A DNA stretch of 64,000 bases, taken from IMG/VR virus record IMGVR_UViG_3300020056_002227, positions 96,001 to 160,000 of that record, one strand, 5' to 3'. The stretch is from a virus. Below are positions 1-10,600 of the stretch, piece after piece; positions within the stretch are counted from its first letter, which is position 1, and the number at the start of each line of letters is the position of its first letter. A model generated the notes under the pieces. That model was not told the origin of the DNA. It ran no database searches and saw only the letters and a program-made list of their open reading frames with translations. Position numbers and translations under genes: made by a program.

Positions 1-2
1 CC

Positions 3-3000
3 ACCGCAGAGATAACATATTATCTTCAAAGGGTAGATACGGTTGCTTGTGACTCTTATGGGGGAATTAAATTAATTAAAGGAAGGGAAGAAAAGCTTGC
101 GGCACCTCCAACACTAGATCCCGATCAGATGGCTCTCGGCCACGTGTTTGTACCCGGCTATCCTGCTCTTTCGGAGAGAGAAGCAAGTAGAACAGGAAGA
201 AAGGCTTACGGTGTCCACACAAAAACTAGTGGAATCAAAGCATTTACCATGAAAGATATGCACAGTCTGAGTAAACAGATTGATCGACTATCTTACTACG
301 TTTCTTTGAGCCAACTTGAATCTTCTACACAAAATATGTTTATTCCAGACGAGCTTGGCCTAAACAGATTTAAGAATGGTTTCATCGTAGATCCTTTCAA
401 CGATCTTACCGTTGCTGATGTATCGGACCCATTCTTCAAAGCAGCAGTACCTTTTAATCAAAAGATATTGACACCTGCCTTGAAAACATTTCCAATTGAT
501 TTGGTTTATAAAACAAGCTCTGGTGCTTCTATTTTCCCGGCACCAAGTAATCCCAAGGCAGCAACTCTGGGTAGAGATGCTAGTGTAGAAATTCTTTCTC
601 AAACTTATGCAACTGGATTTAGAAACTGCGTAAGTAATGCTTACAGTTACAGAGGTGTTGGTGAAATTTCACCTCCATACGATGCGGCGTATGATACTAC
701 AGTGAATCCAGCAGAAATCAATATTGATATGACCGCTGCATTCACGGATTTCGTCGATAATCTCCAAGAGTTTATTCCTCTTACCGATGTGACCACAGAA
801 AGAGTTGTGGGGCCGTTAGAGACTTGGAATGATGTCGGACCTGGTTGGGCTCCCCCAAGAATGGCTAATTGGGGTAACTGGGGTGATTTCCAATTCCCAG
901 GTGCTGGAAACACATTCACCCAGAGAATTGAAACGACAACCAGAAGCATCGAATTGAATCAAGCTGCACAAGTTCAGAATATTCAGGTTGGAGAATTCGT
1001 ACGGAATTTCAATTTTGAACCTTATATGGCTGGCCGAGACGTTAAGATTTATATGTCGGGTTTGAGACCAGATGCAAGACACTGGTTCTTCTTTGATGGA
1101 GTAGATGTTAATCCTCATGTGTTCCCAGGTACAGAAGCAGACAGAGCACAAGACGTGGAGAGAACAAAAGCCGGTGGTGTTGAGGTTACCACAGATTCTA
1201 ATGGCGTATTAAGAGCGGTCTTTGCTATTCCACCAGAGACGTTCTTCGTCGGTGATCGTGTCCTTGAAATTGTAGATGTCGACACATATGATCAGATAGA
1301 TTCTGCTGCAATTTCGAAAGGATTTGTCACATATCGAGCCTATAACTTCTCCGTAGAAAAGACCTCTGTCGGTGTATCTACAAGAGCACCAGATTTCGAT
1401 ATCAACACATCATCTTCTTTCAGAAATGTGGTAAGACGTATTCCTGCTGGAGATCCTCTTGCTCAAACATTCTTTATTAAGAAAGGTATGGGTCAAGGTA
1501 GTAACAGTATATACATTTCCAATATTGACTTGTTCTTTAAGCGTAAGAGTACAACCAATGGAGTTACTGTTGAACTGAGAGAGGTGGTCAACGGCTATCC
1601 TTCTGGTCAAGTTCTTCCATTCGGAAAGGTCCATAAGTTACCTGGTGATGTAAATGTGTCAGACGATGCTTCTGTAGCAACAACATTCTCATTTGATGCA
1701 CCCGTGAGAATGGATGTTGAAAAAGAATATGCAGTATCAATTAAACCTGATGCTCAAGATCCTAATTATTTGGCATTCATCTCTCAAGTCGGTGGTGTTG
1801 ATTTGACACCAGGTGATACCCAAGGATCTGCAATTGTTCAAGACTGGGGTGACGGTGTTCTCTTCAGTTCTACTAATAACAGTGCTTGGAGATCTTATCA
1901 AGACGAAGATCTGAAATTCACTCTGCGTAGACATAATTTTAATCAGTCTACCGGTAGTGTAACACTCACAAATAATAAGAATGAATTCTTTACACTATCC
2001 GGTGGTAATGGCAGATTCAAGTTGGGAGAAAAAATCTATCAGACAAAGTCGAGAGATTCAGCAACAACCGGTAACCTTGGACTTTCTGATTCAGGTGGTG
2101 CAAGAGTTACACTAACTGGTACAGCACTTGATCAAACCTATTTCGATGGTGATTATATTATCCTAGAGGTAGGAGGTGATAAAGACATCTTTAGAGTTGA
2201 GAGTGTACCTGGAGCCACTTCCATCATTGTGAACAAACCAGTAAACCTTGGTGCAGGGCCGACATTTATAGATACTGGAATTCAACACTCTCCGGTGGTT
2301 GTGGGTGAGATTTCTTTCTGGGATCGTAATGATCCTACTAAGATGCATCTAGAGGCAAGCACTGCTAATTCTACACGATTCTTTACCACTGGTACCATCA
2401 ACGGCTTGGATAGTGGATTTACTGCAACAATCGATTCGGTAGATAATATTAATCTAAGTTATTTCCAGCCCATGATAATGAAGGCTTCTGATTCATCATC
2501 TAAGACCAGTGGCTTCGGAACATTCAACCCTTATGATGATGGTAGTACAACTTATTCGATGCCGATTAGATTCAATGATAATAACCACTTCAATGTAAGA
2601 GGTACTATATTATCAAGTGCAAGTAATATTGTAACGAATCCAAACAGTACTGCTGAGTTTTCATTGACTATAGAGATGGAAAATTCGGGTGATGTTACTT
2701 CCACACCTTTCGTAGATGTGGAAGTTTCGAAAATGATTGCATATCAATATCAATTAAAAGATACAAGTGCACCGGGTTACAGCCCTCTTTCCAACCCGAC
2801 CTCGATGTATATTTCAAAAGTAATCGAATTAGCACCAGAACTGGATGCTGAAGATATTTACGTAGCAACAACGGAATATAGACCACCTGGTTCCACAGTC
2901 AAAGTTTATATGAGAGCACAAAATCAATATGACAGCCAATCATTCAAAGAAGTACCTTGGGTAGAACTTGAATGCTTTGAAGGTTCCGATGTAAATTCTT

Positions 3001-3200
3001 CTATATCCGACATTAATGATTATAGGGAATTTGGCTACAGGCTTCCAGAAAATTATTCGGGGTTGTATCAATATGCAAGCAATGCCGGACTTAAGAATTT
3101 TTCTGGGTTCCGTAGATTTGCTATAAAGATTGAATTGATTTCACCAAACGTACATACTGCACCAACACTAAGAGATTATAGAGCGATTGCAGTTACATAA
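3..3200 (+). CDS. VrlC/DUF4815-like large baseplate/structural protein, 5'-truncated
   Basis: The frame is open from nt 3 (TAEITYYLQRVDTV...) upstream of the Met at 129. Motifs RFKNGFIVDPF, DPLAQTFFI, IDLFFKRK, EDLKFTL and C-terminal PTLRDYRAIA are typical of this family in marine T4-like phages. Confidence 0.8.
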   Translation, partial: TAEITYYLQRVDTVACDSYGGIKLIKGREEKLAAPPTLDPDQMALGHVFVPGYPALSEREASRTGRKAYGVHTKTSGIKAFTMKDMHSLSKQIDRLSYYVSLSQLESSTQNMFIPDELGLNRFKNGFIVDPFNDLTVADVSDPFFKAAVPFNQKILTPALKTFPIDLVYKTSSGASIFPAPSNPKAATLGRDASVEILSQTYATGFRNCVSNAYSYRGVGEISPPYDAAYDTTVNPAEINIDMTAAFTDFVDNLQEFIPLTDVTTERVVGPLETWNDVGPGWAPPRMANWGNWGDFQFPGAGNTFTQRIETTTRSIELNQAAQVQNIQVGEFVRNFNFEPYMAGRDVKIYMSGLRPDARHWFFFDGVDVNPHVFPGTEADRAQDVERTKAGGVEVTTDSNGVLRAVFAIPPETFFVGDRVLEIVDVDTYDQIDSAAISKGFVTYRAYNFSVEKTSVGVSTRAPDFDINTSSSFRNVVRRIPAGDPLAQTFFIKKGMGQGSNSIYISNIDLFFKRKSTTNGVTVELREVVNGYPSGQVLPFGKVHKLPGDVNVSDDASVATTFSFDAPVRMDVEKEYAVSIKPDAQDPNYLAFISQVGGVDLTPGDTQGSAIVQDWGDGVLFSSTNNSAWRSYQDEDLKFTLRRHNFNQSTGSVTLTNNKNEFFTLSGGNGRFKLGEKIYQTKSRDSATTGNLGLSDSGGARVTLTGTALDQTYFDGDYIILEVGGDKDIFRVESVPGATSIIVNKPVNLGAGPTFIDTGIQHSPVVVGEISFWDRNDPTKMHLEASTANSTRFFTTGTINGLDSGFTATIDSVDNINLSYFQPMIMKASDSSSKTSGFGTFNPYDDGSTTYSMPIRFNDNNHFNVRGTILSSASNIVTNPNSTAEFSLTIEMENSGDVTSTPFVDVEVSKMIAYQYQLKDTSAPGYSPLSNPTSMYISKVIELAPELDAEDIYVATTEYRPPGSTVKVYMRAQNQYDSQSFKEVPWVELECFEGSDVNSSISDINDYREFGYRLPENYSGLYQYASNAGLKNFSGFRRFAIKIELISPNVHTAPTLRDYRAIAVT

Positions 3201-3212
3201 GGCTTTTAAATT

Positions 3213-3395
3213 ATGCAAAATAGAAGAGATTCCGAAACACAAGCAGTTTTGAATACAGATGCACATGCTTTTAATAAATACAAAAGGGAAAGAGAATACT
3301 ACCGAAAAGTCACTCAAATGGAAAAAGACATTGTTGAAATTAGAACTTGTCTGGTATCTATTTGTCAACGTATGGAAAAATTAGAAAGTAGATAA
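3213..3395 (+). CDS. small hypothetical protein (RDxxTxAVLNTD motif, coiled-coil C-terminus)
   Basis: 60-aa ORF packed between its neighbours; a small gene of this type commonly follows VrlC-like genes in T4-like phages. Confidence 0.65.
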   Translation: MQNRRDSETQAVLNTDAHAFNKYKREREYYRKVTQMEKDIVEIRTCLVSICQRMEKLESR

Positions 3396-3397
3396 CA

Positions 3398-4540
3398 ATG
3401 GCCAGAAATATAGTAAATATCGAAACTACACAGACGTTTCAGAATTGGTTAGATAAGACCAATGAAATGGCCGCGGCATTCCGTACCAACGCGGTAACAG
3501 CATCACCGACCGGAGATACAACTGCAGGTAATGCTACTCTTCAAGGAATCTTTAGTGCAGAAAGTTTGGTTGCAACTAGCGGGGCATTATCTGCGGATGA
3601 AATCAGATCTGCTACTGCAAATGAAACAATTGAATTTACCTCCGTTGTTGATTTTAATTCCGGCGATCAAGTCACTGCTATTTTCACCAATAATAATGGT
3701 GGCAGAACTCGATATACAGATACGACCATTGCTTGGGACGTAGGTCTTAAGGACAGCGGTGGTAATTTTATCATCGATACTGGCTCCGCACCAATCAAGT
3801 TCGAACTGACTACTGCTGGTGTTCTTTCAGTACCTGTATTCCGATCAGATAATTATCAGAATGCTGATGGGTCTCCATTCGAGCCAGGTACAACCATTAA
3901 CGAATTATCTGATATCGGTGATGTATCAACCACGACACCTGCGAATGGTCAAGTACTCAAGTGGGATGGATCTGAATGGGCACCGGCAAATGATTTGGTC
4001 GGTACTGCTACAAGTGGTATTCAAAATGTTGTTGAAGATTCTACCCCTCAGTTGGGTGGTAATCTAGACCTGAATGGCAGAAGTATTGTAGGTTCGGGTG
4101 CCATGCAGATTACCGGTAATATTATCACCACCGGTGGTGTCCTGAGAGCCGACGGTACCGGAACTCACACTATAGGTGGTGCGATGAATGTGGGTGATAC
4201 GGTTACGGTCACAGGAGATGTACATGCGACAGGTAACGTAAGATCAGCCCACAGCACATCAGATATTCGTTTAAAAGAAAATTTAATAAGAATTCACAGT
4301 CCTTTAGATAAGGTAATGAGCCTTAATGGATATACCTTCAATTATAAGAACAACGAAGAAAGATCTGCTGGTCTTATCGCGCAAGAGGTTGAGAAGGTAT
4401 TGCCTGAAGTTGTTTATGAATTTGAAGAAGAGGGTACCCAGTATAAAGCCCTACGCTATGAGAATATGGTATCGCTTTTAGTTGAAGCAATTAAAGAATT
4501 AAAAGAAGAGATTGAAGAGTTAAAATCTGGGCGCAATTAA
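3398..4540 (+). CDS. tail fibre protein with C-terminal peptidase S74 intramolecular chaperone
   Basis: SDIRLKENL...AGLIAQEVEKVLPEVV...YENMVSLLVEAIKEL chaperone signature; fibre motifs LSDIGDV...GQVLKWDGSEW and PQLGGNLDLNG. Confidence 0.85.
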   Translation: MARNIVNIETTQTFQNWLDKTNEMAAAFRTNAVTASPTGDTTAGNATLQGIFSAESLVATSGALSADEIRSATANETIEFTSVVDFNSGDQVTAIFTNNNGGRTRYTDTTIAWDVGLKDSGGNFIIDTGSAPIKFELTTAGVLSVPVFRSDNYQNADGSPFEPGTTINELSDIGDVSTTTPANGQVLKWDGSEWAPANDLVGTATSGIQNVVEDSTPQLGGNLDLNGRSIVGSGAMQITGNIITTGGVLRADGTGTHTIGGAMNVGDTVTVTGDVHATGNVRSAHSTSDIRLKENLIRIHSPLDKVMSLNGYTFNYKNNEERSAGLIAQEVEKVLPEVVYEFEEEGTQYKALRYENMVSLLVEAIKELKEEIEELKSGRN

Positions 4541-4549
4541 TTTGGTTTG

Positions 4550-4584
4550 AATAAATATACCATTGATATGTATCCGTCTAAATA
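4550..4584 (+). promoter_or_regulatory. candidate T4-type late promoter(s): AATAAATA (4550-4557) and TCTAAATA (4577-4584)
   Basis: Variants of the gp55-dependent TATAAATA box in the intergenic gap before the 3162-aa gene. Confidence 0.45.
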
Positions 4585-4609
4585 TAAGAAGAAAAAGGGT
4601 AAAGACTAA

Positions 4610-7600
4610 ATGTCTAAGATTTCAGAACTCGGGCCGATTACAGGTGCCAATACTAGGTCAGAAGATTTATTTGTTATCGTAAACCTAGTACAGGGCGACG
4701 ACGGTACTAAAAATATTACTCGAAAAGAGCTCGTAGAAGCACTACAGTACGAGATTTTCAGTAGAATCCGAATCACTGGTGAATCGATCACCACTACCTT
4801 CATTTCGAACTCGGATCTTGACAACGTTAGAATCGATAATTCTACGATGGAAGATTCCGATATTTCTCGTAGTGATTTCAATAACGGTACACTCAGAAAT
4901 TCATCTGGTGACAATCTTGTAATCATCAACTCTCAATTCAATGACGGTACTGCTGATAACATCGTTATTACAAATTCCCAATTCAATCAAGGGGATATGG
5001 AAGATGTTGATGGCGATAATGTTCGCTTAATCAATTCGACGATTGATGACAGTGCCATCAGTGATTCAACTGCCAATAACATTAGCATCACAGATTCTAC
5101 ATTTAATAATGGTGCTCTATCTAACAGTACAGCAAATAATTTAGCCATTACCGCATCTACATTCGATAATGGTGAATTAACTAACAGCACTGGTGATAAC
5201 CTAGACATCACAAATTCTAATTTCGAAAATGGTACCATTGCCAATACTCAAATCGAAACCTCGGTATTCCAGAATGGTGTTGTTAGAGATTCAGATCTTA
5301 TTAATGTTGATATTACTGACTCGACATTTGATAATGGTGACCTAACAAATTCATCCGGCGACAATCTGACGATTGTAAATTCTGATTTCTCCGATGGTAC
5401 TGGTAATAATAATGTCTTTACCAATACCACAGTAGATAGAAGTTTAATTACAAATTCTGAAATTGCAAACACATCATTCACAGGTACGATGGATGGTGTA
5501 GTTGCTACTAACATGACCATTACCAGTTCTACTGCTGATGGTTTCAGCCAGAAGAATTCTACATTCGAAGACGGTGGTATTGACCGTTCGACTTTCGAAA
5601 ATGGTGTTATCGACAAATCTAAGCTTGTTGATTTCGATATGGAGATCAACGATGAGTTCGAACCACATATCGACGAGAACAGCTGGTTTGCACTCAAGAA
5701 TGAAAAGACTGGAGAGGTTGAGAGAATTACCTATGCTCAATTCTTCAGCGAGATTTCGAAGACCACTGAATCCGACCTGAAGATTTATGTGGATGCTGCA
5801 AAGGGTGATGATGATAATCCCGGCACGGTACTTCAACCAATCAGAACTCTTGAACGTGCTTCTGAATTGGCAAAAGAAAAGGCTGGTGGTTCTTTCGACC
5901 GAAATGCGATCAACAACGCCATTCATATCACGGTAGGCCCGGGTACATATTACACGAAAGGTAACATTGCATTACCAGATGATTGTGCCATGACCTCTAC
6001 TGCTGGTCAGTATGCTACAGTAATCGAGGCTTTGCCAGGATATGAACAGAACAACGCAATTCTTGTCGGTTCTGGTAACTACGTACAGGGTTTCGCATTC
6101 CAGAATTGGAAGATCGATAACTTCGATTTCCCAGAAGGTGGCTTTGCTTGTGCTTATAGACCCGGTGCTAAACTACTCCGATCTCCATATATCAGAGACA
6201 GCTCCCAGTTGTCTAACTTCCTACGAGAAGACGTAGAACCACCACTCCAGCCGTTCAATACCAAGGGCAATGTACTTGACCTCGGTAGAGAGTTTATTCT
6301 GGAAGTCGGCCATACAGGTGCCTTCTTACAAGACGACGAGATTACATTCTCCAGTGGTGCGAAAGGCTATATCTCATGGGATGATACAAATGATGCAGAT
6401 GCTGGTTTAACCCCAGACCTTGCTACAAACCGAAAAATCTTCGTCCGTAACCTGAAAAATAATAAAGGTTTTGCTGTAGGCGATACGGTTCGTTCTGAAT
6501 CTGGTGGTCTTGGTGTTATTCAAGAAATTGGCATCGATAACTTCCCGAACCCACTTGTCGGTAGAGGTGGTGGATGTATGTTGGCAGATAGAAGAGTCCT
6601 AGACCCCGACTCTCTCTACACATATGTTCTCTGCTTTGGTTTTACCCCTCGTTCTCAAAACGGTATGGGTTATGTAGCAAGAGACGGTGCTGGTGTTAAC
6701 GGAATTGGTTCTCTGTCTATCTTCGTTCGGGTGGCATTCTATGCTCTGAACGGTGGGCAGATGACTCTGAACAACTCTGGTACTCAGTTCGGTGATATCT
6801 CAATGAGAGCAAAAGGTAGTACCAAGATCTTTGCTCCGAAAGACACCACAGCCAATATGCTTGGTAACAGTGCCTTTGCAGATGTAATTACAGATAACGA
6901 AGATTTGATCATACAAGATATGGTCGAATACCTCACAGCAAATACAGCATCTGGTGGTCTTGGTTATACTGGCTACGATGCTGCTAAGTGTGAAAGAGAT
7001 TCTAAAATTATCATTGATGGTCTTGGATATGATATGTCGCTCGACACCAACTACTGGGGTCGACTTGCAGGCATTACATATCGTTCACCCATTTCTAGTA
7101 AGGTTGTTGGTGAACAGCTCGAAGCAACACTTGGAGCTAACAGATATTTGCAAGACAGAATCAATGATGTATTCCAAGGTTCAAACACGGAAATCTTTAC
7201 AAGAGCAAACACCTCTTGGAATGAACTCTACAATGTAGTAGAATACGGTGAAGAGAATATGAATCCAATCATATTCGCTGACACTGGTAATTCTGCTAGA
7301 ACATCTGCAAGAGAAATCATTCAAGACAATAGATCGTTTATCCAAGACGAATTGCTCGACTGGATCGATGACAATGACCAATTCTACGCTTATGATAGCG
7401 TCAAGTGCCGAAGAGACACAACAGAATATATTCTTCCAGCAGTAAAATATGATATGCTACTCGACACCAACTACAACTCGGTGAGAGCAGGTGGTGCATA
7501 TTACATGAAGTCTGCTGAGAAGGTTGTCGGCCAACAAAGAAATGAAACGATTGCAGCATATAAGAGACTGAAAGAACAGACCAATGAGTTGATTGATGCT

Positions 7601-10600
7601 AATTCTTTCATTGGAACAACGCGTGTTGATGAAGGTTTTGATGAGATCATTGCTGCCCTTGATAACCGAGGCACATTATATACACCTACAGATGCGACAT
7701 ATGACCCAGATACTGGTCTCATGGTTGCAACAATCGGTGCTCATACACTCACCGTTGGAAGAAAGATTCTTATCGGTGAAGGTGGAATCACATTTAGTTG
7801 CGGCACAGATGGTAACGTAACTCAAATTTCTCACCCAAGACCAACAGATCCTGCATTCAACAGCCCGTTGGAAATCTTGGCCGTTACAGCAACCACGATT
7901 ACAGTTGACGTTGGAACATCTTTCTATAAAGGTGTACACACATTCGTATCGGCACTAGATAACTCAATCATCGAATTGGGCTCTGAAATTACTTTCTCAG
8001 ACGATGCAGCAATCCCTGCTGACAGACGTAATGCAAGAAAGCAACTGCAGGCTAACAGAGGTTTCTTGCAGGATATGGTTATAGGATATATCGACAATAA
8101 CTATTTCCTATACGACTCTGAAAAGTGTGAGCGTGATATGACTCAATACATTCTACCTGCGGTAGAAAGAGACGTTATCACTGGATCCAATTTCAATGCT
8201 CGTCAAACAGGTATTGCTTACAGAGCCGGCACGATGGGTGCCGAGACAGTGGTCAGACAGCAATTACCAGAGACTGTTGGCGCAATCGAACATCTGAAAG
8301 GTTTAACCACTGCTGGGGTAAATGATCCAGCTGCATCTCACAGAGCAGAAGAATCGTTTAATCAGATTATTGATATTGTTAATAGCAATGGTAAGACATA
8401 TACTCCTACGTCTGGAACAACATATGATCCTGATACTGGTCAAATGATATTAGAGATTGGCTCTCATGATCTGCAAGAAGGTCAATCTATTATCATTGCA
8501 GACGAGAGTGTTACCTTTACCTGTGCCTTAGATTCTAATGTGACACAACATTCTTACCCACAGAAAGGTCATCCTGCATATAGAACTCCTGTAACAATTA
8601 ACAAAGTTACAGCAACCACTATATCCGTCAATGTTGGTGGATATGAGAATGGTACGGTTCACACATTTGTAAGTGCAACTGCTGATTGTATTAAGGCTGG
8701 TTCTTATATCAGTACATATACTCCATCTGATGCTCAATACGATCCAACTAATGGCGTAATGGTTGCAGTTATAGGCAAACACAATTTGGTCAAGGGAGAT
8801 TACATTCAATTCAAACCTTTGAGTATTACGTTTGAATGTAACGGAGATCAGATTACACACCCAAGACCTACTGATCCATTCTATAATAAGCAAATTAAAG
8901 TTGATGCAGTAACAGCAACATCGATCACAATGAATGTTGGTGATGCTGGTGGTTATACGGGTGCCCATACATTTGTAAGTGCAGAAGTTGGTGCGATCGA
9001 AGCAGATCCTATCATTTGGACAGATCCTGCAACATATCTGGATTACTATACACCGACGGATGCTACATATGATCCTAGCACGGGTATCAGTACGGTCACA
9101 TTACCAGGTCATGATATTGAAATTGGTGATTATGTTGAATTTGCTCCTTATAGTTTCACATTTACTTGTGCGGATGATGGCAATGCTACTGAGCATTCTT
9201 ATCCTCGTAAGGGTGACAGTAATTATCGTGAAACAATGGAAGTCACCAACGTCGCTGGAGATGTTATCACGGTTAATGTTGGTGGAACCGGTGGTGGTGG
9301 GTTACACACATTTGTAAGTGCATCAGATGCTGCCGTTGCTAAGACAACTTATAATTCTCAGGGTCAAAGAGCAAGAGAACAATTACAAGCTAACAGAACA
9401 TTCCTCCAAGAAGAGGTAATGGCCTTCCTCGATACGCAATACTTTGTCTTTGATGGCGATAAGTGTTCAAGAGACACAGGATATATTCTTGAAGCTGTCA
9501 GACGTGACGTATCTACTGGGTCGAATTATAATTCGGTCTATGCTGGTCTTGCATATCGTGCAGGAACTACCAGTGGAGATTATGTCATTTCAGACCAACT
9601 TCCACAAACCGTTGCTGCAATAGGTTATCTGAAAGATGAAATTGCAAGCAGAGTAACTGGTTCAGAGTTGACTGCCGCTAATGCAGGATTCGATGAGATT
9701 ATCGATATCTTGAGTAATGGTACAGGAAATGCAGATACCTTGAATTTTGGAACTGCAACTGTTGGTATTACTGGTCAAAACGGCAGATTACATTTACAAG
9801 CAAATAAGACATTCTTGCAAGAAGAAGCAATTGCGTACATTGCACAAGAATTCCCCGGCTTTGTTTATGATCAAGCCAAGTGCAGAAGAGATATTGGTTA
9901 TCTAGTAGATGCAATTTCTTTCGATATTTCTCATGGGTCTAATACCTCTGCAATCAATTTTGCTAGATTGTATTTCGATAAGGGTATTAGTACACTGCCT
10001 GAAAATCAAAAGGCTAAGACCGCAGAGGTTTATGAACACCTTGCAAATGTTGCTTCTAATATTGTACAAGCAATTGGTGTTACACCCACCACAGGCAATG
10101 CACAAAGTCAAGATATTGCAAATGCCGATGCTGGAATTGAAATTGCTAAGAGAACATATGATCTGATGGATCTTACTGCTAAGGTGATCAGAGAGGATAC
10201 TCTTGATTGGTTGCCAACAGCAATTGAACCCGGTTACAACACCGTGGCTCAGATGACAGCATCTAATACAATTGATGGAATTACAGAATCACTTCAGGGT
10301 GGTGTAATTAAGTACCTCAGAGAATTCCACAACGGTCTTCCTTATAATAAAGAAAAGTGCTACAGAGATGTCGGTCTCATTACCGATGCAATTTCTAAGG
10401 ATATCGAATACGGTGGAAATGCATCCACAATCGAAGCTGCAAAATATTACTTCACTGTCGATGAAAGACTTGCATCTTCTTATGAAGAACTCAGAACCAA
10501 GAACGTTCTTTCTATTCCAGTAACAGGTCAGTTCTCTGTGCTGGATGATCTGGCTGCAGTATCTGGTCTTAGAGAGGCTACAAATATTCTGCCTCAAGAA

